Virus record (IMG/VR): IMGVR_UViG_3300020371_000004
Location: 1 to 64,000 of that record
Length of the DNA: 64,000 bases
Direction: 5' to 3' (one strand)
Source of the DNA: a virus
Below the pieces are notes generated by a model. The model saw nothing but the letters and a program-made list of their open reading frames with translations. It was not told the origin of the DNA and did not search any database. How positions within the stretch are numbered: position 1 is the stretch's first letter; each line of letters begins with the position of its first letter. The translations under genes and the position numbers were made by a program. Positions 49,301 to 58,610 of this stretch are shown one piece after another.

Positions 49301-52300
49301 AGTTCTCTTCAGAGTTTCTGGTGATTCCCATAATACTATACGTTTCGTCGAGGTTGGTACAGGTTCTCTATTCACCTTCGTATCCAAGACGGAATCCACT
49401 TCAGTTACAGAAAAACCACAAGTTCTCTACAAGTTTACTGGTTCTGCAGTCGAGAAGAACACAGAATCTTACGTTGGAAAGGGTTCTCTATTTACATTTG
49501 TTTCTTCTACAGAATCCACTGTTATCAACAGTGCAGCATCTGGTCTTTTCTCTATCAAAGGTTCAGCAGAAGAAAAGAATACAGAAGTATATGTTGGAAA
49601 AGGTTCTTTGTTCACATTTGTTTCCAAGTCGGAAGCAACTGTTGTTCAAAGCAAAGCTCAAGGATTGTTCAAGATTTCTGGTGCAATCACAAACGAGCAT
49701 GTCAGATTCCATCAGTTTGGTACTGGTACATTCTCTACATTCAGTGGAACTGCCTATCACGAAAGAGTTGCGTTTGATTACAACGAAGATTCTATCGTTA
49801 ATGTTGACCATGAGAATTATGGTTTCATTACTCAAGGTAGTGCTGACCAACCAATTTCTGACTTTGCTAACGACCCAATTAGTCTCTATGCTAATGAGCA
49901 GGTCTCTGAATTCGGAAGATTCTCCAATAGAGAAGACTTTGGTCATATCTCTATCGACCCAGAGCAATCCGTCAACACTCATGGTTGGAATCATATTGAT
50001 TATGGTTACATTAATACCACGAACAGATTCCCATTCGGTGGATTTACCTTCGACGATGGCAGTGTTACATCTGCAACTTCCAAGTTACAGGTAAAACTAC
50101 CTGTCGAAGGACCTGTATTCCAAATCAGTGGTGTTTCGGACAATCGTGTACTACCAGTTATTATTGGTGGTGGATTCACCAGACTTGGTGGAGATGCACT
50201 TGTCAAGATTACCGCAGTTTGGTACGGATCTGGTTCAGTATTCTCCTTTGTTGGTGGTGCAGAAGCAACTTCATCTACTGTACCAACAGAAGCACCACTT
50301 CTCGACTTCAATGGTACTGCAAGGGAGAGATTTGGAAAGGGCAACTACGATGCCAGTGGTACATTCTCCACATTCTCTGGTGCTGGAGAAACTGCAATTA
50401 TCAGCAACAAAGCAGACGTTCTCTTCGATGTTAACGGTACTGCTATTGAGAAGCATACCGAAAATTACGTTGGAGAAGGTTCTCTCTTCGGATTTGTCTC
50501 TGCTACAGAATCTACTGTTATCAACAGTGCAGCATCTGGACTCTTCAAGTTCCAAGGTGGAGCAATCGAGAAGAACACCGAGAACTATGTTGGTACTGGT
50601 TCTCTGTTTGCATTCGACAGTTCTACAGAAGCAACGGAAGTTCTCAGCACTGCATCTGGACTCTTCAAGTTCAGTGGTGCTGCAACCAATGTTCAGGTCA
50701 GGTTCCACCAGTTTGGTACTGGTTCACTCTTTGGATTCAATGGTGGAGCAGAGTCTGTCACATTCGACTATAGCTGCCATGGTTCGATTGTTAACATTGG
50801 GGCAGATAATTATGGATTCATTACTGAATCTGTTGTTGACCAGACAATTACTGATTATGCAAATGAGCAGATTAGCACTTATGCGAATGAGGTAGTATCT
50901 GACTTTGGTATTGATCCTAATCAGGAATCCTTTGGACATATCTCCATCGATCCTGAGCAATCCATCAATACTCATGGTTGGAATCATGAAGATTATGGAC
51001 TTATCACCGAACCTGAAGGTGGTAATAAGTTCCCATGTGTCCATCTCAAGTTTGGTGGAGAAAGATTCAACGAATCCAGAGTCTTTGGATATGCAGGTTC
51101 TGGTACATTCTCTACATTCTCTGGTGCTGCAGAAGCAAGAGCAATTGTACCTCCTTCTAAGGGTCTATTTAAAGTTCATGGTTCTGGTGGTATTATTGCT
51201 TCCCTATCCCATATTGGATCTGGTGAAATCCACATTGGTGATTCTGGAATTGATAAGTTTATCAAGGTTCAATTCTCCCCACCAACCACTGGTGTTCTAT
51301 TCAAGTTCTCTGGTGGACTGGATGTCAGTGGTGTCAACGAGAGACCATCCGACCTCAAGGCAACATTTGCAGAAGTTGGACATGCAAAACTCCGCATTGC
51401 AGGAGATGCATTTACTACCTTCCATCTTGGACATATTGGAAGTGGTCAACTCGATATCAATGGCAATGCTATCGAGAAGCATACCGAAGCATACGTTGGT
51501 TCTGGTTCTCTCTTCGCATTTACTGGTGGGGCAGAAAGTTTCACTGTCGATCTTCCAGAATTTGCAACTCTATTCAGATTTGCTGGAAATGCAGTCGAGA
51601 AGAATACCGAGAACTACGTTGGTACGGGTTCTCTGTTCACCTTTGTTTCCAAGACAGAATCTACAACTTCTGCGGAACAACCAAAAGTACTCTTCAATAT
51701 CGAAGGTGCTTCTGTCAACAGAATCCTATTCCATTACTACGGTACTGGAAACTTCTCCACATTTGGTGGTGCTGCAGAAGCAAGAGCAGTCACCAAGGAA
51801 GCAGGTGGTCTGTTCACATTCAGTGGCAACGCACCAGAATCCATCACTCCAGCACCACATATTGGTTCTGGTTCTCTGTTTACATTTGTTGGCAAGACAG
51901 AAGCATTTGTCGCAAGCGACGACTTGGTTGCACCACCACTATTCAAGATTGGTGGAGATGCAATCATTGGATTCTCTCTTGGTATTATTGGTCGTGGTGG
52001 ACTCGATGTTCTCCAGAAAGTTACCAAACTCGATGTTGAAGGTAAGAACAGATTCGTTGGTGCTCAAGAAAGAAGAGCAATCAACAATCCTGCTTCTGTA
52101 CTCTTCAGTATCGACGGAAACGTCAAAATCTTCTTTGTCTTCCAAGAAACTGGTGGTGGATTTACCAGAGTTGCTGGAGAAGCATTCACTGAAGTTACAC
52201 CTAGACATACTGGTCGTGGTAAGACTTCTCTACATGGTGAGGTCACCATGTCTGCTTCCCTATCTCATATTGGATCGGGAACAATCTTCGGATTCGTTGG

Positions 52301-53516
52301 TGGTGCAGAATCTCGTGCAATAGACCTCCCACCACAAAAGGGACTACTCAGATTTGCTGGTACTGCACCAGAAGTTTATATCCGTGGACCAGAACTTGGA
52401 GATGTATCTCTCCAACTCAAGTCTTCCGACGTATTTGTCAGATTCAAGCTCAGCCATATTTCGGATGGTTCCAGAATCCATGTCGATGGAGATGGAGCAG
52501 AAGCAAGAGTCAGACCATACGAAGGTTCTGGTACACTCTTTGGATTCAGTGGTGCAACGGAAGCTCGCACAATCGACCTCCCACCACAGGTTCCAACACT
52601 CTTCAGATTTGCTGGAAACTCTGGAGAAAGAGAAACCAATGCACATCTTGGTTCTGGTTCACTCTTTGGATTCGATTCTGCAACAGAAGTCAGAGTTGCT
52701 TCCCCAGAACTTTCTGGACTATTCAAAGTTCAGGGCACTGGTGCAGAAGCAAAAACCAAGGTATTTACTGGTTCTGGTGTATTCGATCTCAACACCAAGA
52801 CAGACGGACTGGATACTCTTGGCAAGCAAGTTTATATCAGTGCTCCAGAATCTACAACTGTCAATCCACCAGAACATACTCAGGTATTCACTTTCTCTGG
52901 TTCTGCTGTTGCTACAGAAGACAGAGCATATCAGGGAACTGGAACACTATTTGGATTTACAGGAGCAGCAGAATCCAGAGCAGTTGTACCAGATTCTACA
53001 GGTCTATTCAAGGTTCAGGGTTCTGGAGAAGAATCCAGAAGCAGAATTTACTCTGGAACAGGAAGAGTATTTGGATTTACTGGTGGTGCAGAGGCAACAG
53101 CAGTTACCGAAAATGTACCAGGTTCTCTCTTCAAATTTACTGGAGAAGTTACTGTTGTTCGCAGATTCCCACCACATGTTGGTTCTGGAACACTATTCTC
53201 CTTCACTGGTGCAACAGAATCTCAAACAATTGCACCACCAGTTGCAACACTCTTCGAGTTCAACGGAAACGTTGCAGAATCCAGAAGCAGAGTTTACACA
53301 GGTTCTGGAACACTCGTTACATTCAAGTCTGCAACTATCGCAAGACGTGTTCCATACGATGTTACTCAGGGACTTTTCAAACTTGTTGGAGCACTCAACG
53401 AATCTTTTGTTCCTTCTGGATACGTTGGTACGACTGGAGTTCAATTCATTGGGGCATCTACAGATAGAAGGATTGAATTTGAGTCACCAAAACCAACACA
53501 AATATACATCGTCTAA
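46395..53516 (+). CDS. giant repetitive virion protein (2373 aa) with an N-terminal reelin/BNR-like beta-sandwich
   Basis: EDLLFEYSTNGGSTWT..FRIRQ..DQWGVTAVTIG domain; many ~38-aa E....Y.G.GSLF.F.G..E repeats; ~333-aa super-repeats. Confidence 0.8.
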   Translation: MALFQYNLGSEIPFSSIDYGFINETPTTPSEDHGDLAVVAQTTIAPDDIVSTYSGSLSTVTITNTGSGVGEFGGFNVARHIKFTGAGTRAFTFAFDTSNREEITFSVIRGTDSNGGELPDSGEDLLFEYSTNGGSTWTGTQVLAAYNDTAFNNLNDVTVTLPTAARVSNAQFRIRQASNSGSNYDQWGVTAVTIGGEILTTEDYGFLTPARQTVPYGRLKIVQEFADDRLLRNSVGGIEFTLGGKANIFTLPIHVGRGFLRLDGKEFTRITLRYIGSGTFSHFGGSAEAVSNATPAQTPLFTVAGVATEKFGKGNYTATGQFSAFTGAAEVVSISGATRQDLFRIRGAAHDTHTENYVGEGRLFAVQGASEAFKVEEKASGLFSFKGTSKETIQSNNVVSVETQISGSGSESITPAVRPGSGEATFSGAITNEHVRFHQFGTGTLSSFSGTAETSNRVVFSYNESSVVNAETLDYGLITEGFADEPISNYANVPISTLANEVVSEFGRYPNREEFGHISIDPEQSIHTPGYNHVDYGYINTTNRFPFGKFQSEDGGDLTYESAQIGIRVRPITPGPTLRLEGTAGIFTLPIHKGEGYFRFEGKSVVRIRAVYYGSGKFSNFGGSAEATSNADSGRKILFRVAGDAHAVVRFVYIGEGSLFTFVSKTESTSVTEKPQALYKFTGSAVEKNTENYVGTGSLFTFVSSTDSTVINSAASGLFTFKGSGIEKNTENYVGQGSLFTFVSKSEATVVQSVAQTLFRFTGAITNEHVRFHQFGTGTFSAFSGTAYHERVAFDYNEDSIVNVRHDNYGLITEGSADQPISDFANDPISLYANEQVSEFGRFANREDFGHISIDPEQSINTHGHRHDDYGYINTTNRFPFGGFTFEDENEGVDTAGIRFQLRAPTSGTELRLQGQAEIYVLPVHIGGGITRFAGDATIRIRAVYYGSGKFSNFGGSAEAISNVDSGRQVLFRVSGDSHNTIRFVEVGTGSLFTFVSKTESTSVTEKPQVLYKFTGSAVEKNTESYVGKGSLFTFVSSTESTVINSAASGLFSIKGSAEEKNTEVYVGKGSLFTFVSKSEATVVQSKAQGLFKISGAITNEHVRFHQFGTGTFSTFSGTAYHERVAFDYNEDSIVNVDHENYGFITQGSADQPISDFANDPISLYANEQVSEFGRFSNREDFGHISIDPEQSVNTHGWNHIDYGYINTTNRFPFGGFTFDDGSVTSATSKLQVKLPVEGPVFQISGVSDNRVLPVIIGGGFTRLGGDALVKITAVWYGSGSVFSFVGGAEATSSTVPTEAPLLDFNGTARERFGKGNYDASGTFSTFSGAGETAIISNKADVLFDVNGTAIEKHTENYVGEGSLFGFVSATESTVINSAASGLFKFQGGAIEKNTENYVGTGSLFAFDSSTEATEVLSTASGLFKFSGAATNVQVRFHQFGTGSLFGFNGGAESVTFDYSCHGSIVNIGADNYGFITESVVDQTITDYANEQISTYANEVVSDFGIDPNQESFGHISIDPEQSINTHGWNHEDYGLITEPEGGNKFPCVHLKFGGERFNESRVFGYAGSGTFSTFSGAAEARAIVPPSKGLFKVHGSGGIIASLSHIGSGEIHIGDSGIDKFIKVQFSPPTTGVLFKFSGGLDVSGVNERPSDLKATFAEVGHAKLRIAGDAFTTFHLGHIGSGQLDINGNAIEKHTEAYVGSGSLFAFTGGAESFTVDLPEFATLFRFAGNAVEKNTENYVGTGSLFTFVSKTESTTSAEQPKVLFNIEGASVNRILFHYYGTGNFSTFGGAAEARAVTKEAGGLFTFSGNAPESITPAPHIGSGSLFTFVGKTEAFVASDDLVAPPLFKIGGDAIIGFSLGIIGRGGLDVLQKVTKLDVEGKNRFVGAQERRAINNPASVLFSIDGNVKIFFVFQETGGGFTRVAGEAFTEVTPRHTGRGKTSLHGEVTMSASLSHIGSGTIFGFVGGAESRAIDLPPQKGLLRFAGTAPEVYIRGPELGDVSLQLKSSDVFVRFKLSHISDGSRIHVDGDGAEARVRPYEGSGTLFGFSGATEARTIDLPPQVPTLFRFAGNSGERETNAHLGSGSLFGFDSATEVRVASPELSGLFKVQGTGAEAKTKVFTGSGVFDLNTKTDGLDTLGKQVYISAPESTTVNPPEHTQVFTFSGSAVATEDRAYQGTGTLFGFTGAAESRAVVPDSTGLFKVQGSGEESRSRIYSGTGRVFGFTGGAEATAVTENVPGSLFKFTGEVTVVRRFPPHVGSGTLFSFTGATESQTIAPPVATLFEFNGNVAESRSRVYTGSGTLVTFKSATIARRVPYDVTQGLFKLVGALNESFVPSGYVGTTGVQFIGASTDRRIEFESPKPTQIYIV
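47691..51050 (+). repeat. ~1-kb in-frame tandem super-repeat (4 copies of the core)
   Basis: (E/V)(H/Q)VRFHQFGTG anchors at 47691, 48696, 49695 and 50691 (periods 1005, 999, 996 nt); each copy contains FGHISIDPEQS. Confidence 0.9.
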
Positions 53517-53522
53517 GGTTGA

Positions 53523-53528
53523 TAAATA
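53523..53528 (+). promoter_or_regulatory. late promoter
   Basis: (GA)TAAATA 23 nt upstream of ATG 53551. Confidence 0.6.
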
Positions 53529-53550
53529 CTTTTATAGAATTCCCTTATAA

Positions 53551-54000
53551 ATGGCAAATACTAAACGTGTACAGATCCGTAAGGGTTCTGAGCCAGAACA
53601 TCAGGCTTTTACTGGTGCTCTGGCTGAAATCACTTACGATACAGACAAAAAGTCCATCAGAATGCATGATGGAACAACTTTGGGTGGTTTTGACGTACAA
53701 AAATCTAGATACGATTTTTTAAATTCTACCACCACTCTAGTTACTAATGTTAAGTACTTTGCCGACACCGTGAACGGAGCGTTCTCCGTTACCTTGCCTA
53801 CCTTTAAGGCAATTGGTGATACTATTATTATAGTGGATGCCGAAGCATATTGGGATATAAATAATCTCACGGTGCTAACTCAAAATAATGAAACATTTAA
53901 GGATTATACAGGACTAATTGAATCCCCTTTGGTGTGTGATGTTGCTGGTGCGGCAATAGAACTTATTTGGGAAGGCAGTTACTGGAGATTAATCGCATGA
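53551..54000 (+). CDS. fibre adaptor: Mtd_N-like N-terminus plus a T4 gp34-type repeat
   Basis: RVQIRKGS..EHQAFTGALAEITYDTDKKSIRMHDGTTLGG; YFADTVNGAFSVTLP..GDTIIIVDA..W..NNLTV. Confidence 0.7.
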   Translation: MANTKRVQIRKGSEPEHQAFTGALAEITYDTDKKSIRMHDGTTLGGFDVQKSRYDFLNSTTTLVTNVKYFADTVNGAFSVTLPTFKAIGDTIIIVDAEAYWDINNLTVLTQNNETFKDYTGLIESPLVCDVAGAAIELIWEGSYWRLIA

Positions 54001-54380
54001 CAATGTTTCTAAGCGGGAGTATGCTTTCTGGCTCTGGTGGGGGCGGAGGAGGTGGAAAATTATTTTCTCAGCAAAATGATTTCTACATCCATGCACTCAG
54101 AAGAGATGCAGATGGAATGCTTCGATACACCAAAATTAAAACCACTGATTCAGAAGTTGGTGATTTCCACAGATTGGATGGAACTCCATATCCCGATTTC
54201 TTAGATGGTGCTGATTATGTAGAGCAAACTACAGAAGAAAAAACATATACAAACCATCCGCAAGATAAATACCAACAGTATAGGTTTGATTTTAGACGCA
54301 TCACTTATTTTATTGATGACGATGGATATCTTGTTGCAAGATTTGGAAGTTATGATTACAACACCGAAGGACCTAAGTAA
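53997..54380 (+). CDS. hypothetical structural-module protein
   Basis: ATGA overlap at 53997-54000 suggests the MTMFLSG start; HALRRDADGMLRYTK, DKYQQYRFDFRRITYFIDDDGYLVAR. Confidence 0.75.
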   Translation: MTMFLSGSMLSGSGGGGGGGKLFSQQNDFYIHALRRDADGMLRYTKIKTTDSEVGDFHRLDGTPYPDFLDGADYVEQTTEEKTYTNHPQDKYQQYRFDFRRITYFIDDDGYLVARFGSYDYNTEGPK

Positions 54381-54395
54381 GGAATTTAACAAAAA

Positions 54396-57300
54396 ATGGC
54401 AGACTTTAGACTTGGAAGACTAAAATTCAACTGGAGAGGTGACTGGGCAGCAGGAACCGCTTACGTCATCGATGACATCGTAAAGTTTGGTGCAAATACT
54501 TACGTCTGTACCACCAATCATACTTCCGTCACTGATGAAACTACATGGTATGCAACAGACCTTTCAAAATGGTCACTTCATACTGAAGGTTTAGTTCAGA
54601 GAGGAACTTGGACACCTGGTGTTTACTATAAAATTAATGATGTCGTTGATTACGGTAACACTCAGTATCGTGTCACTGCAGGATTCTCCACAAATACATT
54701 TGCTACAACATATCTAACTGAGTATCTCAGAGGATTCCAATACGAAGATACTTGGGATAGTGCAACCGAATACCAACCAGGTGACTTTGTTACCTATGGT
54801 GGTTACTCTTATGTTGCAACTAGTATTCATACTAATAAAGTTCCAACTGATTATCTGGCAGCAGATTGGGATGTAGTAACTACTGGATTTGATTCTGTAG
54901 GAACATATTCAACTACAGTTGACTACAAACCAGGTGATGTTGTTCAGTTTGGTGGTTATGCATATGTTGCAGAAACAAAGTCAACAAATGTCCATCCAAC
55001 AACAACACCAGATTGGAACCTTATTGTAAAGGGTATTAACTGGGCTGGTTCTTATCAGACAGCAACCACTTATGAACTAGGTGATGCAGTTCAAAGAAAT
55101 AGTAATTCATACATTAGTGTTGCATCAACCAACACTGGTAATGACCCTGCTTCTGACACTCTAGGTAATTACTGGAATGCTTTAACACAAGGTGCTGAGA
55201 CAAATGTTCTCACTACTGCTGGTGACCTTTTAGTTCAAGGTGGTGCTGGTGCATCAAGATTACCTGTTGGTGCTGCTGGTTCAGTTCTTGCAGTATCTGA
55301 TTCTGGATATCCAGAATGGCAACCAAATAATGTATCTGAGCAAGTTTTCTATGTAACTGAGGAAGGTGCTGATAATAATACTGGTGAAAATATTCAAAAT
55401 TCATTTGCAACATTAGGCAGAGCATTATCTGTTGTAAATGGTGCTGCAACAATTTATGTAAAAGCTGGTATCTATGATGAAGTACTTCCTTTAACTGTTC
55501 CACCTGATGTAACAGTTGTTGGTGATAACATCAGAACAACTAAGATTAGAGCAGCAGGTGGTTCATCAAATACTTGGACTTTGACTCTAGGACAGGAGTT
55601 AAATAATGTTGCATTTGGTTCAGTAATTCAGTTCTCAAATGGTGCTAGATGTACTTACATTGATAGTAATGCTCATGAAGATGTAATTACTGTAATCAGA
55701 AACACTGCTTATGCACCTCCACTAAGTGGAAATTACATTACATATGTTGATAACATTCCATATAGTGGTCCAACAACATATATTAATAGCTACGTCAATG
55801 AGACGAATGCTCATACCAAGATGTTCTTGATGAGCGACAAGACTATGCTTAAAGATCTTCAAATGGAAGGTCTTACTGGATATACTGCTGCTAGTACAGT
55901 TAACACTGCATCAGGTTCTATCAATGGAACCACATTAACTTCAAGTGGTTTAATTGATGACCATGTAGGAACAACAGTTACTGGTACTAATGTTGCTGCA
56001 AATACTAAGATTGTTAACGTATTGAATGCAACAACTGCAGAAGTTAGCATTTCACAGTCCGTATCTACAACAACTCTTACATTTACTGCACCACCTCAGG
56101 ATATTAATAATGCACACATTAAGGGTGTATATATTTCACTGAATCCATCATCTCCAATCACCAAGTCACCATATATTTCGCAGTGTTCTGCATTCTCAAC
56201 TGGTGGTGTTGGTGCTATTGTTGACGGTAGAATTCATAGACACTTCCCTGTTGGAAGTGCAACCCCTTCTAACAAGTCAATTGTTTTTGACTCCTTTACT
56301 AACATCCACGATAACGGTGTTTCATTCTGGGTTACAAACAATGCTGCTGCAGAATTCGTTTCTTGCTTCAGTTACTATGCTCATATTTCTTATGCAGCAA
56401 CCCGTGGTGGAAGAATTCGTTCACTTGCAGGTAACTCCTCCTGGGGTACTTACGGTCTTGTAAGTTCTGGTTATAACTTCGATGAAACTCCAATTACTGG
56501 TACTGTTGAAGGTCTACAAGTTAAGTTTGATCCTACCACAATTACTGGTGCTGGTTTTAATGAAGGTGGAAGATTTATTGGACAGACTTCTGGTGCAGAA
56601 GGATACATCAACTCTTCCCAGACTGATAAACTAATTTATTCTCTCGTTACTGCTGGTCCACTTGGACTCGGAACTGGTTTCTCAGTTGGAGAAACAATCC
56701 GTGCTGATAACGGCACAACCGCAGATCTTGTTCCTAACACTGACTGTAACACTGGTATTAATGGGTTTACATTCCCAATGGCTGGATTACCAGCAGGTAT
56801 GGAAGACGGTGGTAGTGTAGAGTTCGTAACTGGTAGTGGTAATGGTGGATTTAATAACCAAGTAATTACTGGTGCTGACCAATTTACTTATGTTGTATCC
56901 AACGTTTCATACAGAGCACCTGACGGAAGAGGTTCTGTTCAGGTAAATAGAGGACAACTTGGTTCTGTTGCTGCTGGACATACTGGTGGTGCTGTTGGTG
57001 GAATCGTTGCATATCCAGAAGCTGGAGTTACTGAAACTCTGCTCTCTACTGTTGGAGCTGGAGATACAACAATCTTCGTTTCATCCACAACTGGATTTAC
57101 TCAGGGTGGATATGCAAAAGTTGCAGACGAATTGATGAAGATTGTAACTATTGTATCCAGTACTTCACTTGAAGTTGAACGTGCTGCTGATGGTTCTGGT
57201 GCTGCTGGTTCATATAACAACGGTGCTGCAACAGTTGCTATCGGTGCTTCCACAGTTCTCGCAGCAGAATTGTTCAGGGATGCAATTAATAGTGATACAG

Positions 57301-57923
57301 AAATTAGAGTTGATGATGCAAGTGTATTTGGTACAAATCAAATTCTTAAGATTGACTCCGAATTCTTAGATGTCACTGCTGTAAATACAGACACTGTTGG
57401 TACTTCAATCGTTGTCCTTGCTGAAGAAAAAGCAGCAAGAGCTTATGATGGTCAGCAAGTTAAGATTAGATTCCTTTATTCACAAGGAAGATTCACTGGT
57501 CATGACTTCCTACAAGTTGGAACTGGTGGAACAACTACAACAAATTGGCCTGGAACACCTGCTCAGGATCCAGTACAAACCCAAGAAGTTGTCGAAGATT
57601 TCCCAGGACGTGTCTTCTATGTTTCTGCTGACTCTAACGGTAACTTCCGTGTTGGTAGATACTTTAAGGTTAACCAGGCAACTGGTTCTGCAACCCTGAA
57701 TGCTTCTGCATTCGACCTTTCTGGTCTATCTTCCTTGAGACTGGGTTCAATTGGTGCTCAGTTGGGTGCTCAAATTAATGAGTTCTCTACTGATACCACA
57801 CTCTCTCAAAATAGTAATGAAAAAGTTCCTACTCAAGCAGCAGTCAAGGCATACATTGACAATGCAGATACTAGGACAAAGGCACAATCAGGCCGTGATG
57901 CGTTCTTCTATGGCATGAGCTGA
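54396..57923 (+). CDS. tailspike/fibre-like protein with N-terminal carbohydrate-binding-like repeats and a beta-helix-like region
   Basis: Five W/Y....T.Y...D.V..GG..Y repeats (CBM5/12-like); VFYVTEEGADNNTG..FATLGRAL..IYVKAGIYDEVLPLTVP..VVGDNIRTT is a pectin-lyase-like start. Confidence 0.75.
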   Translation: MADFRLGRLKFNWRGDWAAGTAYVIDDIVKFGANTYVCTTNHTSVTDETTWYATDLSKWSLHTEGLVQRGTWTPGVYYKINDVVDYGNTQYRVTAGFSTNTFATTYLTEYLRGFQYEDTWDSATEYQPGDFVTYGGYSYVATSIHTNKVPTDYLAADWDVVTTGFDSVGTYSTTVDYKPGDVVQFGGYAYVAETKSTNVHPTTTPDWNLIVKGINWAGSYQTATTYELGDAVQRNSNSYISVASTNTGNDPASDTLGNYWNALTQGAETNVLTTAGDLLVQGGAGASRLPVGAAGSVLAVSDSGYPEWQPNNVSEQVFYVTEEGADNNTGENIQNSFATLGRALSVVNGAATIYVKAGIYDEVLPLTVPPDVTVVGDNIRTTKIRAAGGSSNTWTLTLGQELNNVAFGSVIQFSNGARCTYIDSNAHEDVITVIRNTAYAPPLSGNYITYVDNIPYSGPTTYINSYVNETNAHTKMFLMSDKTMLKDLQMEGLTGYTAASTVNTASGSINGTTLTSSGLIDDHVGTTVTGTNVAANTKIVNVLNATTAEVSISQSVSTTTLTFTAPPQDINNAHIKGVYISLNPSSPITKSPYISQCSAFSTGGVGAIVDGRIHRHFPVGSATPSNKSIVFDSFTNIHDNGVSFWVTNNAAAEFVSCFSYYAHISYAATRGGRIRSLAGNSSWGTYGLVSSGYNFDETPITGTVEGLQVKFDPTTITGAGFNEGGRFIGQTSGAEGYINSSQTDKLIYSLVTAGPLGLGTGFSVGETIRADNGTTADLVPNTDCNTGINGFTFPMAGLPAGMEDGGSVEFVTGSGNGGFNNQVITGADQFTYVVSNVSYRAPDGRGSVQVNRGQLGSVAAGHTGGAVGGIVAYPEAGVTETLLSTVGAGDTTIFVSSTTGFTQGGYAKVADELMKIVTIVSSTSLEVERAADGSGAAGSYNNGAATVAIGASTVLAAELFRDAINSDTEIRVDDASVFGTNQILKIDSEFLDVTAVNTDTVGTSIVVLAEEKAARAYDGQQVKIRFLYSQGRFTGHDFLQVGTGGTTTTNWPGTPAQDPVQTQEVVEDFPGRVFYVSADSNGNFRVGRYFKVNQATGSATLNASAFDLSGLSSLRLGSIGAQLGAQINEFSTDTTLSQNSNEKVPTQAAVKAYIDNADTRTKAQSGRDAFFYGMS

Positions 57924-57943
57924 GGCTCATGCCTTAGTGGCAA

Positions 57944-57974
57944 TAAATAATTAAACTAATCAGTTCACTAAATA
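57944..57974 (+). promoter_or_regulatory. tandem late promoter cores
   Basis: TAAATA at 57944-57949 and 57969-57974. Confidence 0.55.
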
Positions 57975-57999
57975 CTAGTATAGGAAAGAGTTTTGTAAA

Positions 58000-58317
58000 A
58001 TGGCATCTGGAATCTTAGGGCAATCTGCCCCATCAGCAACCACAAACACCACTGTTTATACAGTTCCTGCTGCAACCACTTCTGTTGTAAACGTAAACGT
58101 TCTTAACAGAGGCACTTCTGCTGCTACGGTACGCATTGCACTTGCTGCAGCATCATCACCAACAGATGGTGAGTACATCGAGTACGATGCAATCGTACCT
58201 CCAAAAGGTGTACTGGAAAGAACAGGGATTGCACTTAACGCAGGAAAACTAGTTGTAGTTTATGCTTCATCTGGTGACACCTCTGTTAATGTGTATGGAC
58301 TAGAAACCGCTGTTTGA
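58000..58317 (+). CDS. small beta-sandwich virion protein
   Basis: TTVYTVPA..VNVLNRG..VRIALA..YIEYDA..VLERTGIAL..SVNVYGLE; recurrent small phage fibre-module protein. Confidence 0.75.
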   Translation: MASGILGQSAPSATTNTTVYTVPAATTSVVNVNVLNRGTSAATVRIALAAASSPTDGEYIEYDAIVPPKGVLERTGIALNAGKLVVVYASSGDTSVNVYGLETAV

Positions 58318-58330
58318 TAGGAGAAAGCAA

Positions 58331-58609
58331 ATGGGAAGGTTTTTGGGTTTAGCATCAAATAGAGGAGCAGGTGGTGGTGGTTCCACACTAGTGGAAGAAT
58401 TTGACCGTGCAACTGGCATCACAACTGATGCGAGTAACAATGTTACAGCTGTGACATTGGGTAGTCTGGAATATAGCAACGTATTGTATCATAGTACTCA
58501 ACCAGGAATTGTTACCTCTTTCACTGAAACGGCAAGTGGAGCATCTAAAGATTATGAAATTTCATATGATAGTGATTTCCATGTGACAGCAATTACGGAG
58601 GTACAGTAA
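58331..58609 (+). CDS. small hypothetical virion protein
   Basis: AGGAGA RBS; MGRFLG..GGGG linker then beta-rich region. Confidence 0.7.
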   Translation: MGRFLGLASNRGAGGGGSTLVEEFDRATGITTDASNNVTAVTLGSLEYSNVLYHSTQPGIVTSFTETASGASKDYEISYDSDFHVTAITEVQ

Positions 58610-58610
58610 A

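Noticed and set aside
47056-53550. Long same-strand alternative-frame ORFs (up to 472 aa) inside the giant gene, as overprinted genes or frameshift products
   Set aside because: They lie in the +1 frame, where stops need NTA/NTG codons that this gene rarely uses; the translations are L/V/S/Q-rich and mirror the main repeat; no slippery site was identified
47691-54000. Diversity-generating retroelement (near-identical repeats plus an Mtd_N-like domain)
   Set aside because: Repeat differences are mostly synonymous third-position changes rather than adenine-specific, all copies are in-frame coding, and there is no reverse transcriptase in the window
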